From Camelus ferus (lineage: Eukaryota), in the NCBI RefSeq assembly GCF_009834535.1, contig NC_045696.1:114702001-114766000 (forward strand): 64,000 nucleotides of DNA. Reading direction: 5' to 3'. Under the pieces are notes generated by a model. The model ran no database searches. It had not been told where the DNA came from and was given only the letters and a program-made list of their open reading frames with translations. The translations under genes and the position numbers were made by a program. Of the stretch, positions 36,085-48,065 are shown in pieces (the first letter of the stretch is position 1; every line of letters begins with the position of its first letter).

Positions 36085-37379
36085 TTCCATATTCCCCCGA
36101 TAATCCGATCTTTTCCCAGACCTTCAGTCCTCATCTCCAGATGGTTGACGTTCAACCCTGGCTGTCACAAAGTTTTCCAAATTCTCCACCTTCAGCCCAG
36201 TTGCGCTCCCCAACTCCAGTGCTATGACAGAAACTCTTTATTACCCACTTTATTAAGTTTAATGTCTTTATTGTGACATTGAAGGCTTTCTGCATTGTAA
36301 CTCCAGTCTGTCATTACAGACTCATCGTCATTCTTTTCGTTCCTCTTCTGCCTGATTGAATTAACCTGACTCTCAAACACAGCTCGCTGCCCCAGAAGGC
36401 CTTTCTCAGGCACTTACATTTGTCTTTCACTTAGCTCCTTGTTCCACTCTTCGGGACTCAACTCCCATGCTCAGAAAGCACAGGTCTGTCCCTATAGTTT
36501 AAACCCTAGACTCTAGAGGAGTAAAAAGGGGTTCAGTTCCTTCATTTGACTTTCCGCCACCAGTGGGATATCATCCTCACCTCGCTGGAGCTGTAATGCA
36601 TGTTGACGCATGACCTCTGAGAAAACTACAGTCAGCCTTGCATTATTTCTGGAGTTGGGTTTTTCCCTGATCATAGTGAAGATGCCTTGATGACAGGGGT
36701 GGTTCTTCTAAAATCTAATGTCTAACATTTTGGCCATTATCATTTCATGTAAACTTGCTCTCCTTTCTTTCTAAATATCCGGTAGGCCTAGCCTAGAAAG
36801 CTCATGTCCATTCTCCTCTAATCCTCACAGCCACTTGTTAGCAGATCCCATCTCTCTGACTATCTGAATGATCACATGTCCAGTCACCTTACATTGCAGA
36901 CTAAGGAACAGTCCAAGGCTTTCCCTCCAGTTAAGCTGCTGACCCCCAACCCCCCACCCTATTAGAGCAACAGCTTTCTGATCAGTCCCAACTTCAGTGC
37001 CCCCTCCCCTTCCCTCCATACAGATGGGCAGCTTTTCTTACTTCGTTCTGAGGGTAGTTATTTAATGGAGCCATAGTTTTCTCTCCATTATCTTATAAAT
37101 ATTGATCAACAGATAAAACTGAAGATATGAAGACAGACCAGCCTTGGTAAATAAGAAAGTCAGTTAATATGCGTTCTCTTGGAGGAACTTTCACATACAG
37201 GGTGTGTTCCAGGTCTTGAAACAGGAAAGCAGGTGCTGAAGAAAGAACTGCTTTTAAGCACAGAGAGGAGAAAAAGTTACCACACTTTATATCCATAAAT
37301 AAAAGATTCAGACTCATTACTTGCCGGAAAACTGGAAGATGTCTTTCTGCCAAATTCATATACGTGAAAATTGCTTTAA

Positions 37380-37465
37380 AAGCTGAGATACAACACCAAA
37401 GGCACAATTTATGAAGAAATGATTGAGAAACTGGACTTTATTAAAACAAGAAACTTCTGCTTTGA
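37380..37465 (+). mobile_element. L1 ORF2 fragment
   Basis: acaacaccaaaggcacaa..aaactggactttattaaaacaagaaacttctgct. Confidence 0.75.
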
Positions 37466-37740
37466 AGTTAGGTGTAGTCACGTGACTTGCTTAGGCCTGT
37501 GACATAGAAGCAGCGTACATGCATCACTTCCGGCACAAGTATGTGAGAGCTGTGTGTCCATTCACCGTGTTCTCTTCTCTGTGGGTTGATGCCTGGTGGA
37601 GGCTCCATACACCTGAGGTTCCCTGTGGTGGTGACATGAAGCAGAGCCCAGTGCACACTGTAATGTGAACATGCAGTGCGAGCCGGTGGTTTACTGTATC
37701 AGAACCTGAGATCACTGGTCAACTCAAGAGCTGGTAAGTC
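37462..37740 (+). mobile_element. MLT1I/J-like MaLR LTR fragment
   Basis: ttgaagttaggtgtagtcacgtgacttgctt..tcacttccgg..gaagcagagccc..tgaacatgcagtgcgag. Confidence 0.75.
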
Positions 37741-38060
37741 TAGTGTTCAAGCAGAAATTATTGAATTTAAAAAAAAAAAAAAGAACTCTAGGGCTTAGGA
37801 AACATAATCTGAAATAACAGTACAATGAGTAGCATAATACTCTAGAAGCAGATAAATAATAACATAGTTTAGGGAAAAAGTGGAGAATTCTATGCACATT
37901 TAGAAAATATCTACCTTGTGTTCTCAATAAAATCTATTAAAGCAGTAATTCACAAATAAAGAGATTATGGAGAATAAAGTTATTAAAAAGATTGAAGGAA
38001 GCTGCCTATGATGAAAGCTGAGATTAAAAAAGAGCTGGATGAGATAAGGAAAAAATATTT

Positions 38061-38593
38061 TTTAACATTTTTTATTGATTTATAATCATTTTACAATGTT
38101 GTGTCAAATTCCAGTGTTCAGCACAATTTTTCAGTCATACATGGACATATACACACTCTTTGTCACATTTTTTTTGTCTGTGAGCTACCATAATGTTTTG
38201 TGTATATTTCCCTGTGCTATACAGTATAATCTTGTTTATCTATTCTACGATTTTGAAATCCCAGTCTATCCCTTCCCACCTTCCACTCCCCTGGCAACCA
38301 CAAGTCTGTATTCTCTGTCTATGAGTCTATTTCTGTCCTGTATTTACTCTTTGTTTTTGTTTGTTTGTTTTTGTTTTTGTTTGTTTAGATTCCACAGATG
38401 AGCGACCTCATATGGTATTTTTCTTTCTCTTTCTGGCTTACTTCGCTTAGAATGACATTCTCCAGGAGCATCCATGTTGCTGCAAATGGCGTTATGTTGT
38501 CAGTTTTTATGGCTGAGTAGTATTCCATTGTATAAATATACCATTTTTCACAGAACTAGAACAAACCATAATAAAATTTATATGGAACCATCA
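38061..38593 (-). mobile_element. Young camelid L1 insertion with 5' inversion
   Basis: Antisense 3' UTR plus intact ORF2 C-terminus (WYIYTMEYYSAIK..HMRSLICGI*), then a ~52-bp sense ORF2 piece ([16 protein letters not shown]). Perfect 15-bp TSD aaggaaaaaatattt at 38046-38060 and 38594-38608. Confidence 0.95.
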
Positions 38594-39157
38594 AAGGAAA
38601 AAATATTTGTGGAATAAAAATGCAAAAGTAAAATGGAAAGCCTTATTGGGTATAATAATGAGCAAAACTGACAATATAGAAAAAGAGAAAGAATACTGTA
38701 TTGAGGACTCAATGATTTCATCATAAAAACAAATTAGTAAAATAAATAAACCAATGATTTTACTACAACAAGAAGACATAAATTTGATGACTTTTGAAGC
38801 ACATTTTAGTTGAAATACAGGGAAACAGAGTAACAATGACAAATAAAACATCTGGCTAATAAAAATCAAAAGTAGCTCTTACAAGCCTAATTATGTAAAC
38901 AGAGAGACTAAGAAACATTCAAAATAACAATAAGTAGAATATTTTAGGCATAAATATGAAAAATTTTTGAAAAGAGAATCTTAAATATGGTTGAAAATCT
39001 CATGGTAATTCTTGTTCAAGAAAAGATATATTGTCAAGATTGGTGCTTGAAGCAATGGTAAGAGTGACTTTATTACTAAACTTGAAAGATATTAGAAATG
39101 TATCAAAGAATTATCTCCATGATATCATGGTTCTGGCCTTTTTTTTTTTTTTTTTTG

Positions 39158-39440
39158 AGGTGGGATGGAGCAGAGAAAGATTTACTGCAGGGCAGAGCCA
39201 GGAGAATGGGTGGCTCATGCTCAACCTCCCCTTCTCCCCTCTCTACTCCCCCCACTCCCCAGTCTTTTCGAAAGTTTTCAGCTGAACATTTTTAAAGGCC
39301 AGCTGAGGGGTGGGGGTGCATCCCAGGGTGTGTGATCAGCTGTGCACAGTTATCTGGTTGGTTGATGGTGATTAGCCCTTAGGCACCAGAATGTCTAGGG
39401 GCTCATGATCACCAAGTAGTTAATTTCTTCTATTTGGTGA
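39158..39440 (-). mobile_element. ERV1-class LTR fragment
   Basis: gagaaagatttactgcagggc..aggagaatgggtggctcatgctcaa..gggtgtgtgatcagctgtgcaca..ttggttgatggtga. Confidence 0.7.
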
Positions 39441-39904
39441 TGGATTTAAAGGCTGTTTCAAATTTTCTGGCACATAAAGTAGAAAGTCTTCTGCACACTT
39501 TGCAGTGTTCACACAGCATTGAAATTAAAAGCAGAAAACTAACAAAAAAAGAACATTGCACGTCAATGTCAGCTAAAATAAATGTATCCTGGAACCTTAA
39601 ATATAAGGTAGATAATTTGAATTGGACAAGATATAAATCACAACTAAAAAAAATTTGACTTTTAAAATATTATAGCTATTAAATCACAAAGTATAATGTT
39701 GTTTGTTACATTCAAAATGCATTTTTGATAAAAAAGTCATCCATAGTAGGAAAATGCGTGATAGGGACATTCATTTGAGAAGATAAGAAAACACTGCTCT
39801 CAGCATTTTTATTGAAAATTATACTGGAAGATCCATGCAACAAAAAAGAAATAGAAATAAGTGGCCAAAAAGAAATCACAAGAAGAGGAAACAAACTGAT
39901 TTTT

Positions 39905-40638
39905 TAATAACATTTTTTATTGATTTATAATCATTTTACAATGTTGTGTCAAATTCCAGTGTTCAGCACAATTTTTCAGTCATAAGTGGACATATCCACG
40001 CTCATTGTCGCATTTTTTTCTTTGTGAGCTACCATAAGATTTTGTGTATACTTCCCTATGCTATACAGTATAATCTCGTCTATCTATTCTACATTTTTGA
40101 CATCCCAGTCTATCCCTTCCCACCCTCCGCCCCACTGGCAATCACAAAAGGTCCACACAAAAACTACTAGAGCTGATTGAAGAATTCAGCAAGGTAGCAG
40201 GTTACAAAATTAACGTTCAAAAATCAGTTGCATTTCTTTACACTAACGATGAATCAACAGAAGAAGAAAGTAAAGAAACAATCCCCTTTAAAATAGCACC
40301 TGAAGTAATAAAATATGTGGGAATAAATCTAACCAAGGAGGTGAAAGAATTATACACAGAAAACTATAAACCATTGATGAAGGAAATTAAAGAAGACTTT
40401 AAAAAATGGAAAGACATCCCATGCTCTTGGATTGGAAGAATCAATATTGTTAAAATGGTCACACTATCCAAGGCAATCTACAGATTTAATGCAATCCCTA
40501 TCAAATTACCCAGGACATATTTCACAGAACTAAAACAAATCATAATAAAATTTATATGGAACCATCAAAGACCTAGAATTGCCAAAGCATTACTGATGAG
40601 AAAGAAAGAGGCTAGAGGAATAACTCTCCCAGACTTCA
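39905..40638 (-). mobile_element. Young camelid L1 insertion with 5' inversion
   Basis: Antisense 3' UTR (39905-40147) joined to sense ORF2 (40148-40638). Perfect 17-bp TSD gaaacaaactgattttt at 39888-39904 and 40639-40655, ending in the TTTT/AA endonuclease site. Confidence 0.96.
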
Positions 40639-40640
40639 GA
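40149..40640 (+). pseudogene. LINE-1 ORF2p fragment (end of RT and following region), 164 uninterrupted codons
   Basis: [87 protein letters not shown]. Confidence 0.95.
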
Positions 40641-40924
40641 AACAAACTGATTTTTAATTTTGAATTAAAATTAAAAATTTTCTACCATTCACTTACCATT
40701 AACTTATATACAACATAAAAAGATAAAATCAGTGGTTTGACTTTAACTATATATAGCCCTATGGTTTAGTAGATAAATTGTAAACTGTCCTGGGACAGAA
40801 AAGTTAGAAATACCATAAAGACTATGCTTTAAAAATCACTTTAAATACATAGACTAACTGATAAAAGTCAAAGAAAATCTTCTTAAGCTCAAAAGGGATA
40901 TCAAGATAATTGAAAGAGTTAACA

Positions 40925-41210
40925 GCTGTCCTGGCCACAAGCAGACCCGCGGTGGCTAGAAAGTTTGCTTTTAGTAAGTCATATGTGTAGGAAGGGAGTT
41001 GAGGCAGGGACAAGACCCGATTGTGTGCAACATAGGAGATCCCACTGACTAGTCTGTGAACAGACACGGTCTACTGCAGGCAGTACCTGTAGCCAGTTGC
41101 AGGGAAGCCTGGGGAAGTGGTTGTCACCTTCAGCAGCAAGTATGGCCAAAGATCTTATTACCCCTGAAAAAGGGAATGGCTCTGGGGGGACACATGGCAG
41201 TTTCTGGTGT
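40925..41210 (-). mobile_element. MLT1J-like LTR fragment
   Basis: agttgcagggaagcctggggaagt..gggaatggctctgggggacacatggcagtttctg. Confidence 0.55.
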
Positions 41211-41493
41211 GTGGAATAAATCCTGACAACTGTCAAAGAACTATTCATGTGTATTAATCACATTCTGTTAGAATACAGTGAAATTGGCAATATTAACAAA
41301 AAAGATTGGCTGTTGCCTTTCAAATTTGGAAATTAGAGAATTAATTAAAAATTTAATTCAAATTTTCATGAAAACCCTTAGGAAACTAAGAATAGAATAA
41401 AACTTGTGGTTATAGCTGCTATGAGACATTTAACTACTTCCCTTAGCTGGAGAAATAAGACAAAAGTGTAAATATTACATTTAAAATAAAAGT

Positions 41494-41600
41494 AAGATTG
41501 CACAACAATGTCAATGTCCATATTACTACTGAACTATCCACCTAAAATGGTTATGATGCTAAATTTTGTTATGTGTATTTCTCTTGAAATTTGAAAATAT
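41494..41600 (+). mobile_element. L1MB-like 3' end
   Basis: ttgcacaacaatgtcaatgt..actgaactatccacctaaaatggttatgatgctaaattttgttatgtgtattt. Confidence 0.8.
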
Positions 41601-41699
41601 ATAAATAATAAATAATTGTTTACTCATCCTCAAGTTAGGCAAAGCATAAAAATTTGCAATAAAAAGGTAATGCAATAAAATAAAAAACCAAACCAAAAT

Positions 41700-41967
41700 A
41701 AAATAAAAACAGAAGTATTAAGGATCTGAGAATAAATTTGCTGAAAGTCATGTGACACTTTATAACAAAATATTTGAACTAAATTTGGAAAGATGTTGCT
41801 AATATGTAAGCCAGCGGGGATAAATCCATGTGCAAGGATAAAATGGTAAGGACCTTAAATCTCTCCAAATTAATCTCCACCTTCAATGTAATCCAATCAA
41901 AACCCCAACAGAGATGTGCTGTCTGAACTGAAAATTTTATTCTGAATGTCAGTGGAAGAGAAAGGAC

Positions 41968-41999
<32 letters not shown>

Positions 42000-42020
42000 A
42001 GCCAGAACAATTTGGAAATA
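41700..42020 (+). mobile_element. Old L1M ORF2 fragment
   Basis: tctccaaattaatctccaccttcaatgtaatccaatcaaaacccca..aattttattctgaa..gccagaacaattt. Confidence 0.7.
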
Positions 42021-42197
42021 TAGACGGGGTGTTATCATAAGACTAGTATTTCCTTAAAGGACAGATCTGAGCATACGTGTAAATGCTATGGATCGTGAGG
42101 GAGCTGGTCTAGGGCAGTGAATATGCGCAGGACAGTCACACAGGATGGGAAAGAATGGTGCCTTACAGAATTTCACTGCTGCAATTACAATCACTGC

Positions 42198-42578
42198 CGA
42201 TATCATTTATATGTGAAATCTAAAAAAAAAAAAAAAAAAAAAAAAGACAAGTGAACTTACTTACAAAACAGAAACAGACTCACAGACATAGAAAACAAAC
42301 TCATAGTTACTGGGGAAAAAGGGGATGGGAACGGATAAATTGGGAGTTTGAGATTTGCAGATGCTAACCACTATACATAAAATAGGTAAACAGCAAGTTC
42401 ATACTGCGTAGTGCAGGGAACTATATTCAGTATCTTGTAGTAATTTATGGTGAAAAAGAATAAGAAAACGAATATATGTATGTTCATGTATGACTGAAGC
42501 ATTGTTCTGTACACGAGAAATTGATGCAATGTTGTAAACTGACTATATACTTCAATAAAAAGATATATACAAAAAAAA
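42198..42578 (+). mobile_element. L1 3' end (camelid type)
   Basis: atatgtgaaatctaa(A)n gacaagtgaacttacttacaaaacagaaacagactcacagacatagaaaacaaac..cagggaactatattcag..tacttcaataaaa. Confidence 0.93.
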
Positions 42579-43320
42579 TCACAATGAGAAACTGACTCAC
42601 ACACAGAAATTGGAATCAGAAATGTTAAAACCGTGGCCATGTTAAGTGTGGGTGAGGTTGCGCAGCTGTTAAGACCTTTCCCAGACAAGTGGTGGTCATG
42701 GGGAAATTGGTGTCGTGGTTTTTGGGGATGGATTTGTCAAGAGACAGTAAAATTGAAAATCTCCATGCCTATGTTCTAAGATTGTGAATCAATAGTACAG
42801 TTTAGAAAAACTGTCCTGCTACCTTAAGAAGGTTTATATCAGTGTTGTTTGTGAAGTGTAAACATGGAAACAACATAAAGCTTCATAGATAGGAGAATGG
42901 GTGTATCATAAAATGTGTACCCCAGATAAACAATGATACATACATTAGTGAAACAAAATGAAGAATCCACATGCATTGGCACAGGAAAGAATCTCAAAAG
43001 CACAGTGCAGAGCAAAGAAAAGCAAATTACAGAGAATATTTGCAGCGCGATACACTTTATATAGGTTTTAAAGTGTATAAGAGCATAATATCTACTGCTC
43101 AATAATATATATTTCTATAAAATGCCAAGTTCGTGTCCAGTAGCTTGAAACGATAAACCCTAAATGCATGATAATGGTGTCTTCTTTATGCAAGGAGTGT
43201 GTTAGGGCAGAAGATTCAACTCTATTTTCTATTTTTCATTTATTAAGCTAATTGGTAAAAAAAAAAAAATAGGGCTTTTTCCCTTTAATTTTTTGTATGT
43301 TTAAACCTTTTTACACCAAA
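42579..43320 (+). mobile_element. Ancient L1ME 3' region
   Basis: acaatgagaaac..gtaaaattgaaaat..catgcctat, aatctcaaaagcacagtg..agcaaagaaaagcaaattacagag. Confidence 0.65.
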
Positions 43321-45659
43321 AAAATAATTTATTTTCATTAGTATTCTTATAGAATGTTGCAGTTTTGCTGTCTTTCTGAGTATAGTTTGCTCAGCGTTCC
43401 TCCCTGATTCCTCTCTTCTCCGTCTCAAGCATTAGCCTCGTTTGGGTTGGAAATATTCCCAGCATTTGAGTCCCTCAGCTCCTAGTAAAGAAAGTAGTGA
43501 CCTCCAATGTTATTTTGAGAGTGGACTTCTTTAATTTGCCTTTTTTTTTTTTTCTGTTCAGTTCTTGTCGAACTGTTCTAAATTATAATCATCATATAAA
43601 TTACAATCTGAAAAGAGCACATAGTCATTTCCACAGCAGACTTGTGTAGGTGTTAGTCATTTTATTGGTTATTAAAGTCACCATCAGCCTCTTTAATTTC
43701 CACAGGCGCAGTGAACCCTGAAAGCAATTTGAGAAGGAGATGCCAGTTCATTATTGATAGAAGTGTGTTCTCTTCCTGACACAAGCTCACAAAATTTGAA
43801 TGATGGTGGAAACTACTCTACAATATGTTTTAATCATAAAAGAGTCTTGACTCTGCCCACGTCTCCTCTGCCAAATCATGTTTTCCTGGAATTAAGTGGA
43901 GCCAAATCTTTTTTTGAGAACGGTCTGACATAATCCAGTTGTAACTGCATGGGTTTGGTAGAAAAATAAAATGAAAGATCGTTAAGTCCATGCCCGAATA
44001 CTTTCAGGAAACTTTAAGCTTGGTTTCTCAACATCTCTGCCCATCATGTTCAGTTCGTGTTTTGGTTTTGACATCATCAATATCAAATGTACAAAAGCGT
44101 CTTGTTAACTGACACTAGGTATAGCTGATGTTCAGATGCGTTCCAACAAAAACAATTTTTTTCCTAACCCCCCCCTCAAACGATGTACTGTTTCTCAGAG
44201 CCTTATATTGTTTTGATGCTTTGAAAATTTGAATCCCCCATATCGAAATTTGAGCTTTTATAATTTTTCATTTTGTTTTGTATCTATGTTTTTTGGGGAC
44301 ACGCCCCTTGGTGTTAGTCCCAGAATGCAGGTGGAGAGGCACTGATGTAGCTCACAAGAGAGGGCTGTGGTGGTCACCTCTCACGCCTCACTCTCCCCTT
44401 CTCTGCTTAAATGGCACGTTGTACAGTGACCTTTAAGTCACCACATCGGATGACCTTTCCTGAGTCTTTATTCTCTTTGACTACTGTCTGTGTCTGAAAT
44501 TCTTCACAACCTTTTAAAAAGTGCTCTCTTTCATAGCTTCCGTCTTCCTTAACCTTACAGTTATTTGACTTAATGTTTTGAAAGTGTGGATGCCTGTTTT
44601 TGAAGAAGCTCAGACATTCCCTCTCCCTAATCCTGCACCCCCTGCCAATCCACCCCACAAAGTGATCAGTGTTAATAGGCTGGTAACTCTCGCTGCTTAA
44701 TATTCTCTGTGCTCAAGGCTGTCAAAACACAGGTACAGATGCACAGATTATTTTTTGGATTGGTTTTACTGTCTGTAGGTATTGGTCAAAAATATACATT
44801 GCACATTTAGACATGCTTTTGAAATGCAATCGTTTATCATGTGCTTCTAGATCAATAAGAGATACATACCTATACATACTTTTAAATACTATATGAGAAA
44901 ATGTCCACTTTCATATCTTCCTAGGTGTGTTTACTGTTTCAAAGAAGGATATGAGAAAGGGAGGGGACATTGGGTCACCCAGTGCCTCCTTCCTCTCATT
45001 CATTGGCCAGTAGTGCCCAGACATGGGGGATTTCTGCTGTGGGCTTTGTCCTCTGCCAAGCCCTCCTCTGCCAAGCCCAACTCTGGGAGGTAAGAAGTTT
45101 GTGCATTAAGGAACCTGCCCTTTTAGAGCCCACATCTGTCACTTTAGACTCTGCCTTGGGTACACAGGATCTTGGAATCTCTCCCAGGTCTGTGGGTGCC
45201 TCTTCCCCGGGCCATCCTCCCAAAGGTGGCTGTGCCAGGGATCGGCCAAATGACAGCGTTTTTCAGCAGGGGAGGGTGGAGGAGGTGAATGGACTTGGCA
45301 TGTGTTATCCGGGGTGTCTGGACAGGTGTGTTATAGGTCCTACTGGAAGGAGCTCAGGCTGGGAACAAAGGTGGATGGGCCCCGTCTGGGAGCCGGAATC
45401 AGAAACCAGTTAGTCCCCCTCTACCACCATATTCTAGCGTGAAAACCTGAGAAATTCAAGAATTCTAAATTTGAATCTGGCCTTTCAGGTCCTTAGGAGA
45501 TTTTATTTGTCAAGATAGATAGGAGAATACAACTATTTTAATAATTTACAAATTCACTATATACAGAAGTACAGTTTGCAACATAAATAATTGGGAGAGG
45601 TTCAGAGCACCCCAGTTACTACTTGTACATCAGGCTCTGCCCACGTGAATGCTTCCATG

Positions 45660-46550
45660 TAGCTGGAGACCCTCAGTGAGCTATGCCTCCTGGTGTTTTC
45701 ATCCCTGTATGTCCTCTTCCCCTTAAACCCTTTGATGTGCTTTTGCTGATAGGCCACGGCAGAGGTGGCACCCAGGATAAGTGGACCACCATGCCTGAGG
45801 CCACCGTGCTGGGGGGAAGTTCAAGGTAACCACATGGGGAGGCCACACAGGGGCTCCTGTGGCAGCCACAGAGGTGCACCCTCCTTTGAGAGGGAACCTT
45901 CCATCAGTAAGGAGTGCGGTTAGCTGAAAGTCATGGCTGAAGCTTATTCAGGCTCCACCTCAGGGTTCAGGATGGTGCCGTGTTTTTCTCAGTCGGCCCC
46001 CAGCCAACGGCTGAGCAGACTGGGGAGGCTGGGCTCTGGCCCACCATGACAGTCTTTGCTGTGCAGTCCCATGATGCGTTGATGTCAGACCTGCAATAAA
46101 GTCAAGAGCTCTTCCTGCCCCATTCCGTTTCCTACCGCCTCCCCTTCTGTAGGCACCAACCCTGCATCATGGTCAGAAGGCATTCCCTTCTCAATTCGGC
46201 TTCCTCCCCTTTTAACTTTCATGGGCATTACTCTGCTCTTCGCCCTAACTGCATCTCACTCTCTTCCTCCTGGAGGACTCAGTGGGCACAGAAGCCCAGG
46301 CATCAGCCAGCAGCAAGACCCTAGGACTCAAGTAGGTGACACACGCGGAGTCATTCCGCCCCTCCCCCAGCCATCCAGACCGCCCGAGCCGAGGCCACAC
46401 GGCGCGAGGACGAGCAAATGTTCGCGCAGTGGTTTCAGGCCCATCCATTTTAGGGGTGGTCTGTCGCAGCAGATAATGGAAACAGAAAATTGTTACCCTG
46501 AACGGGGGACATCATAACAAGAAGCCTAAAACATATGGCACTGGCTTGAC
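45660..46550 (+). mobile_element. MLT1F/G-like LTR plus start of MLT internal region, interrupted by an ERVL LTR
   Basis: 5' part gcctcctggtgttttcatccctgtatg. 3' end ttttaggggtggtctgtcgcagcagataatggaaaca, then int-like gaaaattgttacc..ataacaagaagcctaaaacatatggcactggct. Confidence 0.65.
45858..46289 (+). mobile_element. ERVL solo LTR (LTR16-like)
   Basis: Starts tgtggcagccacagaggtgc..aggagtgcggttagctga and ends ..gcaca. Confidence 0.65.
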
Positions 46551-47899
46551 TGTAACCTTTAAATGTTTAAGTATTTAGGTATCTGGTCTGTGGACCTCCG
46601 CTTGTGCTTGCAAATGTTATAACTGAGTCTGACGTTGGTTCCTGTGAAACTTTGCTATCTCTTCTGTTCCCTTTTGCCTGGAATATTTTTATGTACTTTC
46701 TCCTATTTCTTTTCCCACCTTCTAATGTCAGTCTCCTTCAAAGATTACCCCTTGATCAGAATCTCCTTTGGGAGAGACCATGGGGTGGGGTTGGTGGGGG
46801 GAGCTTCCTCTGATCACATCTTCCAAAGCTTATGGCTTTCAGCGGTTGCCAAGAGGGCGATGGAAATTGTGAAGTGAAAAACGGTTAAATATGAGCCCGG
46901 AACATCAGAGGCCAGCTGTGGGATGTGCAAAGTAATCGAAAAAGGTGGTGCGTTTTCTTTTATATTCATGGTTTTCTGTCAGCCAAAGGTTCAGATCCAC
47001 CCTCTTCACTGGGTTCAGCCCTGGGATCCTCCCACTGACGATAAAAACTTCTTTTTTTTAAGGTACAGCACTCTTTTCTGAGTTCTTATTGTGACTTTTC
47101 GGCGATCCAAGCCATACACGTAAATATATGTCCAGTTTACTTTGCAAAAATTTATTTTACTTTATTTTATTTTACTTTATTGTATTCTGTGCATTTCTCC
47201 TATGCAGCCTGGAGCTGAATCACAGCCTTTCGGCGCATGGAAAGTAGGCTCTGTCATTGGTTTCTTTCCTCTGTGTGACTGGTTTTTCCACTCTATGTCC
47301 CATGCATTTACATCAAAATTCAAGCTTTCCCCAGAATATCACATTTATTTTGTGCAAAAATTACAACCAAACATATTGGGGATTTTCTAAGTATGATATT
47401 ACTATAATTTATCCAGCCTCTGAAAGACTGCCGGTTTTAGTTTAGGAATTTTTACAGTTTATTATTCAAGTGTAAAGAAAGAATTTATGGTTATCTGTGG
47501 TATGTAACTGCAAACACATGTTGTTGTTATTACCAGCATGATGACTTTTCCATTAATAGGAACACTGGAGTTTTCCCACTAATAATAATAGAAATTAATG
47601 GGCCATAAGCAAACATTTTGAAACCAATTATCATCCTAGGGTGAAGATGTGTGTGAGTGTGTGTATAAATAGATAGACAGAGATGGATAGTTATTCCTTT
47701 GGTCCTATAATTGAAACCAGGTATCTAATTTTCCCACTCCTTTGGGTTAATATGTTGAATGCTCCCTTTAAACACAAAGGATATCTAGTAGTGGTAATAG
47801 AGTAAAGATTTACTATTTAGTAACTCTGTAATAAAAGCCAGAATTCATCCAATTCTTACTAAGTCTTGGTACATTGTTGAATTCTTGCAACAATCTAGA

Positions 47900-48065
47900 A
47901 TTTGCTTCACCCTTTACCTTTTCTTTCTTTCTTTCTGTTTTTTTTTTTTTTTTTTGCAGTTGAGAAACTAGCAGCTTAGAGATGTTGTGTAGCTCACCCA
48001 CCAACACACAGCTGGTAATAACCAGCACTCGTATTCAAATCCTGCTCCCTCTGACCCTGAATTTC
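47900..48065 (-). mobile_element. MIR fragment
   Basis: ttttgcagttgagaaact..ttagagatgttgtgtagctcaccca..acacagctggtaa..attcaaatcc. Confidence 0.75.

Noticed and set aside
35898..36276. HTHT/CVCV-rich ORFs
   Set aside because: Translations of (CA)n microsatellites.
38061..40147. Segmental duplication or misassembly explaining the two similar L1 3' ends
   Set aside because: The copies have different TSDs, lengths and inverted segments, and several substitutions.
40317..40718. 133-aa ORF as a host gene or active RT
   Set aside because: It is an internal L1 ORF2 fragment starting at GTG and reading through the TSD into flank. It has no EN domain and no FADD motif.
44970..45413. Longest ORF (147 aa)
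   Set aside because: TTG start, locally GC-richer sequence and no recognisable homology, consistent with chance.
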